Source: Acidobacteriota bacterium (GTDB taxonomy: Bacteria; Acidobacteriota; Vicinamibacteria; Vicinamibacterales; JAFNAJ01). Taken from it: 64,000 nucleotides of DNA. The position numbers and the translations under genes were made by a program. Positions 19,687-30,400 of the stretch are shown one piece after another. The stretch covers positions 3,962-67,961 of the forward strand of contig JAHDVP010000027.1 of the NCBI GenBank assembly GCA_023384575.1, given 5' to 3'. The notes below the pieces were generated by a model. It did not search any database, had not been told where the DNA came from, and saw only the letters and a list, made by a program, of their open reading frames with translations. Positions within the stretch are counted from its first letter, which is position 1. Each line of letters starts with the position of its first letter.

Positions 19687-20886
19687 GTGCCCCCGCTCAT
19701 CTTCCGCAAGGGCCTCGACCTGAAGCACGCCGTCGCCGGCGCGCTCGCCGAGGACTATCACAGCGCCATCGTCGATCGGATGAAGGCCGACGGCTTCCGG
19801 CACGTTGCCGGGCGGCTCACCATCCACCTCGCCCACGAGTTCGGCTTCTGCTATGGCGTCGACCGGGCGGTCGACTACGCGTACCAGGCCCGCGCCCGGT
19901 TCGGGGGCCGGCGCATCTTCCTCACGGGCGAGATCATCCACAACCCGCACGTCAACGACAAGCTGCGGGGGTTCGGCATCCGTTTCCTCAGCGACCCCGG
20001 CGAGCGGGCCGACGACCTCGGCCCCGACGACGTCGTGATCCTGCCGGCGTTCGGCGTGACGGTCGCGCAGTTGCTGCAGTTCCAGCGCCTGGGGTGCACG
20101 CTCGTCGACACGACCTGCGGGTCGGTGCTCAACGTCTGGAAGAACGTCTCGCGGTACGCGCGCGAGGGCTTCACGGCCGTCATCCACGGGAAGATCCGTC
20201 ACGAGGAGACGCAGGCCACCGCCTCGCAGGCCCTCCAGTTCCCGGGCGGGCGCTACGTCGTGGTGTTCGACCGCGACGAGGCCGCCGAGGTCTGCACCTA
20301 CATCCGTGGGGGCGGCGACCGGTCGGCGTTCCTGGCGCGGTTCGGCCACGCCGCGTCAGACGGCTTCGACCCCGACGTCGACCTCGGCCACATCGGGCTG
20401 GCCAACCAGACGACGATGCTCATGTCGGAGTCGCTCGAGATCGGCGAGATGTTCCGCGACGCGATGCGCGACCGCTACGGGGAGGACGCGCTGGCGTCCC
20501 GCTTTCGTGCGTTCGACACGATCTGCAGCGCGACCCAGGAGCGGCAGGACGCCGTCGTGGCGCTGCTCGACGAGCACCCGCTCGACCTGATGGTCGTCGT
20601 CGGCGGGTACAACAGCAGCAACACCTGCAACCTCGCCAACATCTGCGCCGAACGCGTGCCCACCTATCACATCGCCGAGCCGGCGTGCCTGGTGTCGCGC
20701 GACGAGATCCGGCATCGGCCCGTGACGCCGCCGGGCGCGGCGAAGCGGGCGGCCGGCGAGCAGTCGGCCCTGCACTGGCTGCCGCGCGACGGGGCGGTCA
20801 CGGTGGGTCTCACCGCGGGCGCCTCGACGCCCAACAACATCATCGGCCGCGTCATCGAGCGCCTCGAAGAACTGGCCGGCGCGTGA
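19687..20886 (+). CDS. ispH: 4-hydroxy-3-methylbut-2-enyl diphosphate reductase (long, cyanobacterial/plant-like form)
   Basis: HEFGFCYGVDRAV, TCGSVLNVW, IHGKIRHEET, GLANQTTM, VVGGYNSSNTCNL and GASTP. 399 aa, compared with about 316 aa in E. coli-type IspH. Confidence 0.9.
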   Translation: MPPLIFRKGLDLKHAVAGALAEDYHSAIVDRMKADGFRHVAGRLTIHLAHEFGFCYGVDRAVDYAYQARARFGGRRIFLTGEIIHNPHVNDKLRGFGIRFLSDPGERADDLGPDDVVILPAFGVTVAQLLQFQRLGCTLVDTTCGSVLNVWKNVSRYAREGFTAVIHGKIRHEETQATASQALQFPGGRYVVVFDRDEAAEVCTYIRGGGDRSAFLARFGHAASDGFDPDVDLGHIGLANQTTMLMSESLEIGEMFRDAMRDRYGEDALASRFRAFDTICSATQERQDAVVALLDEHPLDLMVVVGGYNSSNTCNLANICAERVPTYHIAEPACLVSRDEIRHRPVTPPGAAKRAAGEQSALHWLPRDGAVTVGLTAGASTPNNIIGRVIERLEELAGA

Positions 20887-20920
20887 CCGTCTCCTCTCCC
20901 TCAGCCGGAGGTTCCGCACG

Positions 20921-23554
20921 ATGAAGCGCTTCGTCCAGACGGCGCTCGTGGCCGTGCTCGTCGCGACCGCACTCGGTCGCTTTCTCGCGGCCCAGCCCGC
21001 GCCGGTGCCCACGCCCGCCTCGGTGTTCGGGTTCGCACCGTGCGACGACCACAAGCTCGCCACCTACGAAGAGATCGCGACCTACTTCCGCCACCTCGAC
21101 GCGGCCACCGATCGGATGCGGCTCTTCGAGATCGGCACGACGGCCGAGGGGCGCACGCAGCTGCTGGCGGTCGTGTCGTCGGAGGCGAACCTCGCCCGTC
21201 TCGATCACTACAAGGACATCGCGCGGCGACTGGCACTGGCACGCGACCTCACCGACGAGCAGGCGCGCGCGCTCGCCCGCGAGGGCCGCGCGGTGATGTG
21301 GGTCGACTTCGGGCTGCACTCGAGCGAGCTGGCCCACGCGCAGACGGCGCCGCTGATGGCCTGGCGCGCGGTGACCGAAGAGACCGAGGAGTGGAAGGCC
21401 ATCCGCGACCAGGTGCTGTTCGTGCTCGTGCCGAACATGAACCCGGACGGCACGACCCAGTGGGCGGAATGGTACCGGCGGCACCTCGGCGGGCCGTACG
21501 AGCGGTCGTCGCCGCCCGAGCTGTACCAGAAGTACGTCGGGCACGACAACAACCGCGACTGGTTCATGTTCAACATGCCCGAGTCGCGGAACATCGCGCG
21601 GCAGCTCTACTTCGAGTGGTATCCGCAGATCGTGCACAACCAGCACCAGTCGGCCCCGTTCCCGGCGCGAATCTTCCACCCCCCGTTCGCCGACCCGATG
21701 AACCCGAACATCCCGCCCCTCGTGATGCGCGGCATCAACACCGTGGGCGACGCGATGGGCCGGCGCTTCGATCAGGAGGGCAAGAGCGGCGCCATCTCTC
21801 GCGTGCAGTTCGATGCCTGGTGGAACGGCGGGATGCGCACGGCCCCCTACTTCCACAACATGGTCGGCATCCTCACCGAAACCGGCCACACCTCGCCGGC
21901 GCCAGCCGACTACGACGCGGCCAACTTCCCGAAGACGTTCGCCAACGGCGTGGCCACGCTCGAGCCGAGCGTGTTCTACCCCAATCCATACCGCGGAGGC
22001 CGGTGGCACTTCCGTGACAGCTGCGAGTACATGTACACCGCGTCGATGGCCGTGCTCGACCTCGGGGCGAAGCGCCGGCAGGAATGGCTCTACGACATCT
22101 ACCAGATGGGACGTGACGCCATCCGGGCCGGAGCGAACGAAACCTACGTCGTGCCGGCCGACCAGTGGGACCTGCCCACCGCCGTCAAGATGATCAACGT
22201 GTTGCGGATGGGCGGCATCGAGATCGAGCAGGCCACGGCGCCGTTCACGGCGGGCGGCACGACCTACGCGGCCGGCAGCTATCTGATTCGGGGCGCGCAG
22301 GCCTTTCGGCCCTACCTGACCGACCTGCTGAACCCGCAGGTCTATCCCGACCTGCGGCTCTATCCCGGAGGGCCGCCGCAGCGGCCGTACGACATCACGG
22401 GGTGGACGCTGCCCTTCCAGATGGGTGTCAAGGTCGACCGGGTCGCCGAGGTCGTGAAGGCGCCGACGATCGCGGTCGACGTCGCCACGGTGCCGACGGG
22501 CGGCGTCGAAGGGCCGGCGGCCGCCGGCTACGCGATCGACCCGCGCGTCAACGACGCGTTCATCGCCGTGAACCGCCTCCTCGCGGCCGGCGACACGATT
22601 GCCCGCTCCCGCGACGCGTTCGACGCTGGAGGCCGCACGTGGCCCGCCGGCACGTTTCTCGTCTCGCCCGGCCGCGGCACGGCCGCGCGCGTCGACGCCG
22701 CCGCCACGACGCTCGGTCTCCGCGTCGGCGGGCTCGACGCGATGCCGGGCGTTGGCGTCGATCGCCTTGCCCGCCCGCGCATCGGCCTCTACCACGCCTG
22801 GGGCGGCAACATGGACGAGGGCTGGACGCGCTGGGTTCTCGAGCAGTTCGAGTTCGCCTTCGACCTCGTGCACGACGCGGACGTACGGGCGGGCGACTTG
22901 CGCGCACGGTTCGACGTGCTGGTGCTGCCCCACGCGACGTACGCCCAGATGCTGAACGGCCTCGCGCCCGGCAGCACGCTGCCCGAGTACGTCGGCGGGA
23001 TGACGCCGGATGGCGTGGCCGAGTTGTACCGGTTCGCCTCGGCCGGAGGCACGCTTGTCGCCATCGATGCGGCCACCGAACTGCCGCTCACCACCTTCGG
23101 TCTGCCGGTCCGTGACGTCACGCGGGGGCTCGCCGACGAGCGCTTCTTCGTTCCTGGCACGCTGCTCCGCGTGCAGGTCGACCCGACGCACCCAGTCGGG
23201 TACGGGCTGCCACCCGAGGTGGCGGGCTTCTTCACGCGCAGCGCCGCCTTCGCGCTCGGCCGAGGGCGAAGTCGGGCCGACTTCGAGCTGGGGCTGCCCG
23301 CCGCGGTGCCGGAGGACCTGAGGGTCGTCGGCCGGTACGCGAAGCCGGACCTGCTCATGAGCGGCTGGATGCTCGGCAGCGACATCATCGCCGGCCAACC
23401 CGCGGTGGTCGACGCCACGGTGGGGCAAGGACGTGTCGTGCTGCTCGGCTTCCGGGTGCAGCACCGGGCCCAGCCCCACGGCACCTTCAAGCTGCTGTTC
23501 AACTCGCTCTACCTGGGACAGCCTCCGGCCCCCCCCCGCGCGCGCAGCCGCTAG
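20921..23554 (+). CDS. Secreted M14-family zinc carboxypeptidase-like protein (large, 877 aa)
   Basis: Signal peptide MKRFVQTALVAVLVATALG. GLHSSELAH (HxxE zinc motif), VPNMNPDG, GHDNNRDW and NQHQ. GGAGG SD upstream. Confidence 0.8.
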   Translation: MKRFVQTALVAVLVATALGRFLAAQPAPVPTPASVFGFAPCDDHKLATYEEIATYFRHLDAATDRMRLFEIGTTAEGRTQLLAVVSSEANLARLDHYKDIARRLALARDLTDEQARALAREGRAVMWVDFGLHSSELAHAQTAPLMAWRAVTEETEEWKAIRDQVLFVLVPNMNPDGTTQWAEWYRRHLGGPYERSSPPELYQKYVGHDNNRDWFMFNMPESRNIARQLYFEWYPQIVHNQHQSAPFPARIFHPPFADPMNPNIPPLVMRGINTVGDAMGRRFDQEGKSGAISRVQFDAWWNGGMRTAPYFHNMVGILTETGHTSPAPADYDAANFPKTFANGVATLEPSVFYPNPYRGGRWHFRDSCEYMYTASMAVLDLGAKRRQEWLYDIYQMGRDAIRAGANETYVVPADQWDLPTAVKMINVLRMGGIEIEQATAPFTAGGTTYAAGSYLIRGAQAFRPYLTDLLNPQVYPDLRLYPGGPPQRPYDITGWTLPFQMGVKVDRVAEVVKAPTIAVDVATVPTGGVEGPAAAGYAIDPRVNDAFIAVNRLLAAGDTIARSRDAFDAGGRTWPAGTFLVSPGRGTAARVDAAATTLGLRVGGLDAMPGVGVDRLARPRIGLYHAWGGNMDEGWTRWVLEQFEFAFDLVHDADVRAGDLRARFDVLVLPHATYAQMLNGLAPGSTLPEYVGGMTPDGVAELYRFASAGGTLVAIDAATELPLTTFGLPVRDVTRGLADERFFVPGTLLRVQVDPTHPVGYGLPPEVAGFFTRSAAFALGRGRSRADFELGLPAAVPEDLRVVGRYAKPDLLMSGWMLGSDIIAGQPAVVDATVGQGRVVLLGFRVQHRAQPHGTFKLLFNSLYLGQPPAPPRARSR

Positions 23555-23745
23555 CCCCGGGGTCGCGAGGGGCTGAAGCCTCTCGCGCGACGGGGGCGGG
23601 AGCGCAGGGGCTTCGCCGGGGCTTCAGCCCCCGGCGGAGGCGACGCGGCGCGATCGCGGGGTCGCGAGGGGCTGCCTTCGGCTTCGCTGAAGCCAGGGGG
23701 AAAGCCCCTCGCGCGACGGACGAGAGACGCTGGGCGCCCCGTGCG
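23555..23745. repeat. Cluster of GC-rich palindromic (REP-like) elements in the M14/CpxP-like intergenic region
   Basis: Two copies share the 17-nt arm ggggtcgcgaggggctg (23559 and 23658) and the partner arm cc(t/c)ctcgcgcgacgg (ending at 23593 and 23719). Between them lies cgccggggcttcagcccccggcg (23614-23636), the reverse-orientation form of the motif at 40312 and 49784. Confidence 0.7.
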
Positions 23746-24258
23746 GTGCCTACCGTAAACGTCGGGGTCGCGACCGTCGTAGACAGCCGTGTGGGAGCAA
23801 GGCGCGTCATTTCGCAGCTGATACCGGTCGTCGCGTGCGCCGCTGGGGTCGCGCTCGCAGCGAGTCTCGCCCACGCGAGCGACGACCGGCACAAGTGGTG
23901 GCTCTCCAGCCGCGTCAAGGCCGAGATCGGCCTGACCGACCAGCAGTCGCGCGACATCGAGGCCATCTTCCAGGCGATGGTGCCGCGTCTTCGCGCCGAG
24001 AAGGAAGAGCTCGACCGCCAGGAGGGGCTGCTTGCGGCCGTCATGAAGGACGACACGGCCGATGAAGCGAGCGTCACCCAGGCGATCGAGCGTGTCGAAC
24101 GCGCACGCGGCGCCATGAGCAAGACCCGGACGTTGATGCTCTTCCGCATGAACCGGGTCCTTTCAGCGGACCAGCGCGTCAAACTAGCGGCGTATCGCGA
24201 GCAGCGCGAGCGCGAACGGCGGTCGTCCGGACCGACGCCGCCGTCGCGGCATCGCTGA
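23746..24258 (+). CDS. Periplasmic Spy/CpxP/ZraP-family (LTxxQ) protein
   Basis: Signal peptide ..VISQLIPVVACAAGVALAASLAHA, an LTDQQ motif, and a helical Arg/Glu-rich body. The start may be the GTG at 23791 rather than 23746. Confidence 0.65.
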   Translation: MPTVNVGVATVVDSRVGARRVISQLIPVVACAAGVALAASLAHASDDRHKWWLSSRVKAEIGLTDQQSRDIEAIFQAMVPRLRAEKEELDRQEGLLAAVMKDDTADEASVTQAIERVERARGAMSKTRTLMLFRMNRVLSADQRVKLAAYREQRERERRSSGPTPPSRHR

Positions 24259-24287
24259 CGCGACATGCCCAACCGGCGAGGGGTCCG

Positions 24288-25976
24288 ATGGGCGGGACGC
24301 CGGCCGGGGACGGAGGTTCAGTGTTGACTCGGTTGCTGTGTGTCCGCGGCGTCCTGATGGCCGCCCTCGTCGTGGGGATCGCTCTGCCTGCTCTGGCGCA
24401 GGCGCCGCCGGAGTCGCGCGTGCGCGAGCTGCTGTCGCAGGCACTCGCAGAGGCCCAGCCCGCCAGCGCGCCGATGCTCCCCGCCGGCCCATCGGTCGAC
24501 CTGACGATCGACGAGGCCGTCGCGCGCGCGCTCGAGCGGAATCTCGACATCGCCGTGGAGCGCCTGACGCCCCAGACGTTCGACTTCCAGCTCGCGGGGA
24601 TCCGCTCGGCCTACACGCCCACGGTCACCGGGCTCGTCGGTCAGAACAACGTCGTCCAGCTGCCAACGAGCCAGCTCGTCGGCGGCCAGCGGGTCTCGCA
24701 GGACGCGGGCACTTACAACTTCGGGTTGACGCAGCGCACGCCCTGGGGGGGAGGCTCGTTCCAGGCCACGTGGAACAACCGGCGACAGGAGTCGACCAAC
24801 GCCTTCAATACCTTCAACCCGCAGTTCAACTCGAGCCTGCTGCTCAGCTACACCCAGCCCCTGCTGAGGGGGTTCCGTATCGACTCCACGCGACAGCAGT
24901 TGCTCGTGACGCGCATCAACCGGGACATCTCGGAGATACAGCTGAAGCAGACCATCACGAACACGCTGGCCAACGTCAGGAACGCGTACTGGGACCTCGC
25001 GGCGGCGATTCGCGCGGTCGACGTGGCCCGCCGTTCGCTCGCGCTCGCGGAGAAGCTTGTCGAGGACAACCAGATTCGCGTCGAGGTGGGCACGCTCGCC
25101 CCGATTGACGTCGTGCAGGCCGAGGCCGAGGCGGCCACCCGCCGTCAGGCCCTGGCCCAGGCCGAGGCGTCGTGGCGCACGACGGAGCTCGCGCTGAAGC
25201 GTCTCATCGTCAGCGGCACCGGCGACGCGCTGTGGGCGGCGAGCCTGAACCCCGTCGATCGGCCGTCGCCGATGGCGGCCAGCATCGACATCGAGGCCGC
25301 GGTCAGGCGGGCGCTCGCCGACCGCACCGATCTCGCACGCGCCAGGAAGCAGCTCGAGAGCAGCCACACGACGCTCGGCCTGCTCGGCGACCAGAAGCTG
25401 CCGGCACTCGATCTGCTGGCCTCGTACGGGCTGCAGGGCATCGGGGGCACCCGCTTCGTACGAGAGGGCGGACTCGGGGGCCAGATCACCGAAGAAATCC
25501 CCGGAGGTTATGCCGACGCGCTCCGCCTCATTCGCAATCGCGACTATCCCAACTGGACGGTGCAGCTGAACCTCTCGTACCCCATCGGGACGAGCAGCGC
25601 CGACGCGCAGCACGCGCGCGCGAAGATCCAGCTGGCGCAGGCGCAGACGCAGATCCGCCAGGTCGAGCTGCAGGTCGCCACCGAGGTCACCAACGTCGCC
25701 TTGCAGGTCATGAGCAACCAGAAGCGCGTCGACGCGGCCATGGCGGCCCGCGAGCTCGCGCAGCGTCGGCTCGAGGCCGAGGAGAGCAAGTTCGAGGTCG
25801 GCATGTCCACCAATTTCTTCGTCGTCCAGGCGCAGCGCGATCTGGCCGACGCGGAGGTCACCGAGCTGCGCGCCCTGCTCGACTACGCCAAGTCGCTCGT
25901 CGACTTCGAGCGGTCGCAGCAGACGTCGCTCACGAGCGGTGGCATCACCGTGGTCACCGCAGGCGGTGGCCAGTAG
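24288..25976 (+). CDS. TolC-family outer-membrane efflux protein
   Basis: 562 aa. Signal peptide, LTIDEAVARALERNLDI, two OEP repeats (..AYWDLAAAIRAV.. and ..QVELQVATEVTNV..), and Y/F-rich beta segments. GAGGGG SD. Confidence 0.9.
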   Translation: MGGTPAGDGGSVLTRLLCVRGVLMAALVVGIALPALAQAPPESRVRELLSQALAEAQPASAPMLPAGPSVDLTIDEAVARALERNLDIAVERLTPQTFDFQLAGIRSAYTPTVTGLVGQNNVVQLPTSQLVGGQRVSQDAGTYNFGLTQRTPWGGGSFQATWNNRRQESTNAFNTFNPQFNSSLLLSYTQPLLRGFRIDSTRQQLLVTRINRDISEIQLKQTITNTLANVRNAYWDLAAAIRAVDVARRSLALAEKLVEDNQIRVEVGTLAPIDVVQAEAEAATRRQALAQAEASWRTTELALKRLIVSGTGDALWAASLNPVDRPSPMAASIDIEAAVRRALADRTDLARARKQLESSHTTLGLLGDQKLPALDLLASYGLQGIGGTRFVREGGLGGQITEEIPGGYADALRLIRNRDYPNWTVQLNLSYPIGTSSADAQHARAKIQLAQAQTQIRQVELQVATEVTNVALQVMSNQKRVDAAMAARELAQRRLEAEESKFEVGMSTNFFVVQAQRDLADAEVTELRALLDYAKSLVDFERSQQTSLTSGGITVVTAGGGQ

Positions 25977-26002
25977 CCGGGGGTCTGCCGCCCGGGGTTC
26001 TT

Positions 26003-27355
26003 ATGCGCAAAGCACTCATCATCGTCGGACTCATCGTGGCTGCCGCGGGCGGCTTCATGTACTACAACCGCGCCGACAGCCGGGCCGCCCAACCCGGCGC
26101 CGCGCCTGGCGGCGGCATGGGCGGCGGCATGTTCGCGCGGCCGCCCATGACGGTCGAGCTCGCCACCGCGACTCGGGCGCCCGTCGCCGAAACGGTGCAG
26201 GTCGTGGGCAACCTCGTCGGGGCCCAGATGGTCGAGGTCGCGCCGAAGGTCAGCGGCCGCCTGCAAGCGGTCGAGGTCCGCATCGGCGATCCCGTGAGGC
26301 GCGGACAGCTCATCGCGCTCGTCGAAGACCAGGAGATCCGCGAGCAGGTGAAGCAGGCCGAGGCGTCGTACCAGGTCAGCCAGGCCACCATCCGTCAGCG
26401 CGAGGCCGACCTCAAGTTCGCGGAGACGAACCTCGACCGGTCGCGGAGCCTGTTCGAGCGCCAGTTGCTCCCGAAGCAGGCGCTCGACGACGCGGAGGCC
26501 AGGTTCCAGTCGGCGGCCGCCCAGCTCGACCTGGCGCGGGCCCAGTTCGCGCAGTCGACCTCGCGTCTCGACGAGCTGCGCATCACTCTCGGCAACACGC
26601 GGATCGTGTCGCCGGTCGACGGCTTCGTCGGGCGTCGCCGTCTCGACGCCGGGGCCTTCGTCAACTCGAACGCACCGGTCGTGGATGTCGTCGACATCCG
26701 GACGGTTCGCATGGTGGTGAACCTCGTCGAGCGCGACATTCGCCGGATTTCGGTCGGGGCGCCGGCTGACGTCGACGTCGATGCCTACCCGGGCGAGGTG
26801 TTCAGGGGGCGCATCGCGCGCGTCGCGCCCGTGCTCGATCCGGCGACACGCACCGCCGAGATGGAAATCGAGGTCCCCAACGCCGACTTCCGCCTGAAGC
26901 CGGGCATGTACGCTCGTGTGAACCTCGTCGTCGGCCAGCGGCAGGACGCCCTCGTGGTGCCGCGCAATGCCGTGGTCGCCGTCGACGGCCGCCAGGGCGT
27001 GTTCACGATCGAAGGCGAGAGCCGCGTCGCCACGTTCGCCCCGGTCGGCGTGGGCCTCCAGAACCAGGAGAGCGCGGAGATTCTGTCGGGGCTCTCCGAG
27101 GGGCAAAAGGTCGTCACGACCGGCGCCGCGGGCCTGCGCGACGGCGACCAGATTCTGCTGCCAGGCGATCCGCCGCCGGGACCACGCAGCGGACCGGGCG
27201 GCGGTGGCGCACGCGCGGGCGGCGGCGGGCCGGGCGCGCCCGGGGCGCCGGACGACGCGGCCACGGAGCGCGCCGGGCGCGTGCCCGCGTCGGGCCCGCC
27301 CGCCGACAGCCAGCCCGGGCAGCCGACGCCGGCCGGGCGGCGCAACGCGTCCTGA
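26003..27355 (+). CDS. RND efflux periplasmic adaptor (membrane fusion protein) with a Gly/Pro-rich C-terminal tail
   Basis: 450 aa. N-terminal TM, APKVSGRL..VEVRIGDPVRRGQLIA, a coiled-coil hairpin, IVSPVDGFV and RLKPGMYARV. The last ~65 aa (PPGPRSGPGGGGARAGGGGPGAPGAP..) are low complexity. The track ORF 25172..27355 over-extends. Confidence 0.9.
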   Translation: MRKALIIVGLIVAAAGGFMYYNRADSRAAQPGAAPGGGMGGGMFARPPMTVELATATRAPVAETVQVVGNLVGAQMVEVAPKVSGRLQAVEVRIGDPVRRGQLIALVEDQEIREQVKQAEASYQVSQATIRQREADLKFAETNLDRSRSLFERQLLPKQALDDAEARFQSAAAQLDLARAQFAQSTSRLDELRITLGNTRIVSPVDGFVGRRRLDAGAFVNSNAPVVDVVDIRTVRMVVNLVERDIRRISVGAPADVDVDAYPGEVFRGRIARVAPVLDPATRTAEMEIEVPNADFRLKPGMYARVNLVVGQRQDALVVPRNAVVAVDGRQGVFTIEGESRVATFAPVGVGLQNQESAEILSGLSEGQKVVTTGAAGLRDGDQILLPGDPPPGPRSGPGGGGARAGGGGPGAPGAPDDAATERAGRVPASGPPADSQPGQPTPAGRRNAS

Positions 27356-27400
27356 GCACGACACGACATCGACTGTCCACTTCCGACCATCGAGCGAACC

Positions 27401-30400
27401 ATGAGTATCCCGCGCGTCGCCATCAACCGCCCCGTGACCATGGCGATGATCAGCTTCGTCATCGTCCTGCTCGGCGCGATCTCGCTGCTCAGGCTGCCCG
27501 TCGACCTGATGCCAGAGGTTGAATCGCCCACGCTGACGATCCGCACGAGCTACTCGGGCGTGGGCCCCCTCGAGATCGAGGAGTCGATCACGCGGCCGAT
27601 CGAGCAGTCGGTGAGCGCCGTCGCGGGCCTCGAGCAGATCAGCTCGGACTCGCGCGAGGGATCGAGCCAGGTCCGTCTGCAGTTCACCTACGGGACCAAC
27701 CTCGCCGAGGCGGCCGACGAGGTGCGCACGCGCATCGACCGGGTTCGGGGCCGGCTGCCGATCGATGCCGACCCGCCCGTGATCTTCAAGTTCGACTCGA
27801 CGCAGTTCCCCATCGTGTGGATTGCCGTCGAGGGTGACGCCGACCCGGTGGCCCTGCGTGAGCTCGCCGAGAACGACCTCGCGCGTCGCCTCGAGCGCGT
27901 GCCCGGCGTCGCGTCCGTCGATGTGAGCGGCGGCCTGCGCCGTCAGATCCGCGTCGAGCTGTCGAAGGAGAAGATCACCGCTCTCGACCTCCCCGTGGAC
28001 CGTGTGATCGCGTTGCTACGCGCCGAGAACCAGAACGTCCCGATCGGCGAGATCACCGAAGGCGACATGACCTACCTGCTGCGGAGCCCGGGGCAGTTCG
28101 AGAGCCTCGAGGACATCCGGAGCCTGGTGGTGCTGACGAAGGCCGGCGTGCCGGTCTACCTGCGCGACATCGCGACCGTGCGCGACGCCACCGAGGACGT
28201 GCGGTCGGTCGTCCGGGTCAACGGCCGCTCCGGCGTTCGCATGATGGTGCGCAAGCAGTCGGGCGAGAACACCGTGCAGGTGGCGAAGAACGTCATCGCC
28301 GAGATGGAGCGTGTGAACCGCGAGGTCTCGGGCGTGCGGCTCAACGTCACCAACGACACGTCGCGCTTCATCGAGCAGTCGATCAAGAGCGTCCGCGACG
28401 CGGTGATGCTCGGTTCGGTCCTCGTCGTCCTCATCATCTTCGCGTTCCTGCGGAGCTGGCGGTCGACGCTCATCATCTGTACGTCGATTCCCATCTCGAT
28501 CGTCGGCACGTTCGCGCTGCTCTACTTCGGTGGCTTCACGCTGAACACGATGACTTTCGGCGGGCTCGCGCTCGGCGTCGGCATGATCGTCGACGCCGCG
28601 ATCGTCGTGCTCGAGAACGCGCAACGCCACCTCGAGATGGGCAAGACGCGGATGCAGGCCGCGCTCGAAGGGAGCGAGGAGATCTGGACGGCCATCCTGG
28701 CGTCGACGCTGACGCAGATCGCGGTCTTCGTGCCGCTGTTCTTCCTCGGCGGCGTGTCGAGCGTGCTCTTCAAGCAGCTCTCGATCGTGGTCATGTTCTC
28801 GTTGTCGATGTCGCTGTTCGTGGCGGTCACGCTCGTCCCCGTGCTCTGCTCGATCCTCCTCAAGCGGCCGGCGCCGGCCGAGGAGCGGACGACCATCGCC
28901 GCGGCGCTCTTCACCGCGAGCGGCAACTTCCTCGACCGCCTCGATTCACACTATCGCCGCCTGCTGCACGGCGCGCTCCAGCACCGGCCCACGGTGCTCG
29001 CGACGGCGGCGGGCCTGTTCGTCCTCGCGATCCTGCTCGTGCCGACGCTCAGCTTCGAGCTGCTGCCGCAGGCCGACGAGGGCGAGGTCAGGGTCGACAT
29101 CGAGCTGCCGGTCGGCACGCGGATCGAGCGCACCGACGCGGCCCTGCGCGCGGTCGAGGAAACGATCGCGCGCACGGTGCCCGAGGCCGTCAACGTCATC
29201 ACGAACGCCGGTGGGGGCGGGATGGGCTTCGGGGCCGCCGGAACCCACCGAGGCAGCATCGACATCCTGCTCACGTCGAAGCGCGAGCGCCAGCGGTCGA
29301 ACGCCGACATCGCCATGATGCTGCGGCGTGAGCTGTCGGGGATGCCGGGCGTGCAGGCCCGCGCCCGCCCCTCGGGCGGCAACTGGGCGCTCAACCGCAT
29401 CCTCGGCGGCAGCTCCGACGCCCGCCTGGCCCTCGAGATCCGCGGGCACGACCTCGCCGAAGCTCGCTCGCTCGCCGACCGGGCCAAGGCGATGATGGAG
29501 CAGACGCCCGGCATCGCCGACGTGCGCCTGTCGCAGGAAGCGGGCCGTCCCGAGCTGGCGATCCGGGTCGACCGCGACAAGGCCGCGCTGCTGGGCCTGA
29601 CCGTGACGAACGTCGCCTCCAACATGCGCACGGCCATCGCCGGCACCCAGGCCGCGTTCTACCGCGAGCGCGGCGTCGAGTACCCCATCATCGTGCGCCT
29701 GCGCGAGGAGGATCGTCACCAGACGGCCGACGTCGGCGACCTGCTCGTGGCCACCGCCGGCGGCCGCGTCGTGCCGGTGAAGAACGTGATCGCGATGCGC
29801 CCCGACGCCGGGCCCGTCGTCGTCGAGCGCAAGAACCAGGAGCGGATCGCTCGGGTCAACGCCGAAATCGAGATCCCGCTCAGTCAGGCCGTCGCGAACA
29901 TCCAGGCCTGGATCCCCGAGTTACGCGCGCCGAGCGACTTCTCGGTCGGGTTCGGCGCCGAGGTCGAGGAGCAGGCGCGGGCGTTCTCCCAGCTGCAGTT
30001 GCTGCTGATTCTCGCCATCATCCTCGTGTATGCGGTGATGGCCTCGCAGTACGAGTCGTTCCGCGACCCGTTCATCATCATGTTCTCGATCCCGCTCGCC
30101 GCCATCGGGGTCGTCACGATGCTCAAGATCACCAGCACCGCCTTCAGCCTGCAGGCCTACATCGGCGTGATCATGCTGACCGGCATCGTCGTCAACAACG
30201 CCATCCTGCTCGTCGACTACACCAACACGCTGCGGCGGCGCGATCGCATGGGGCTTCGCGACGCGGTCGAGCTCGCCGGCCGTCACCGGCTGCGGCCGAT
30301 CCTGATGACGTCGCTCACCACCATTCTCGGCCTCACGCCCATGGCGCTCGGCCTCGGCGAAGGTGCGGAGCTGCAGGCGCCGCTCGCCCGCGTCGTCATC

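Noticed and set aside
23555-23745. A possible CRISPR array, because of the repeated palindromic units.
   Set aside because: There are only two full copies. The units differ in length (35 versus 62 nt), are nested palindromes without regular unique spacers, and have no cas genes nearby. They fit REP/BIME-like elements better.
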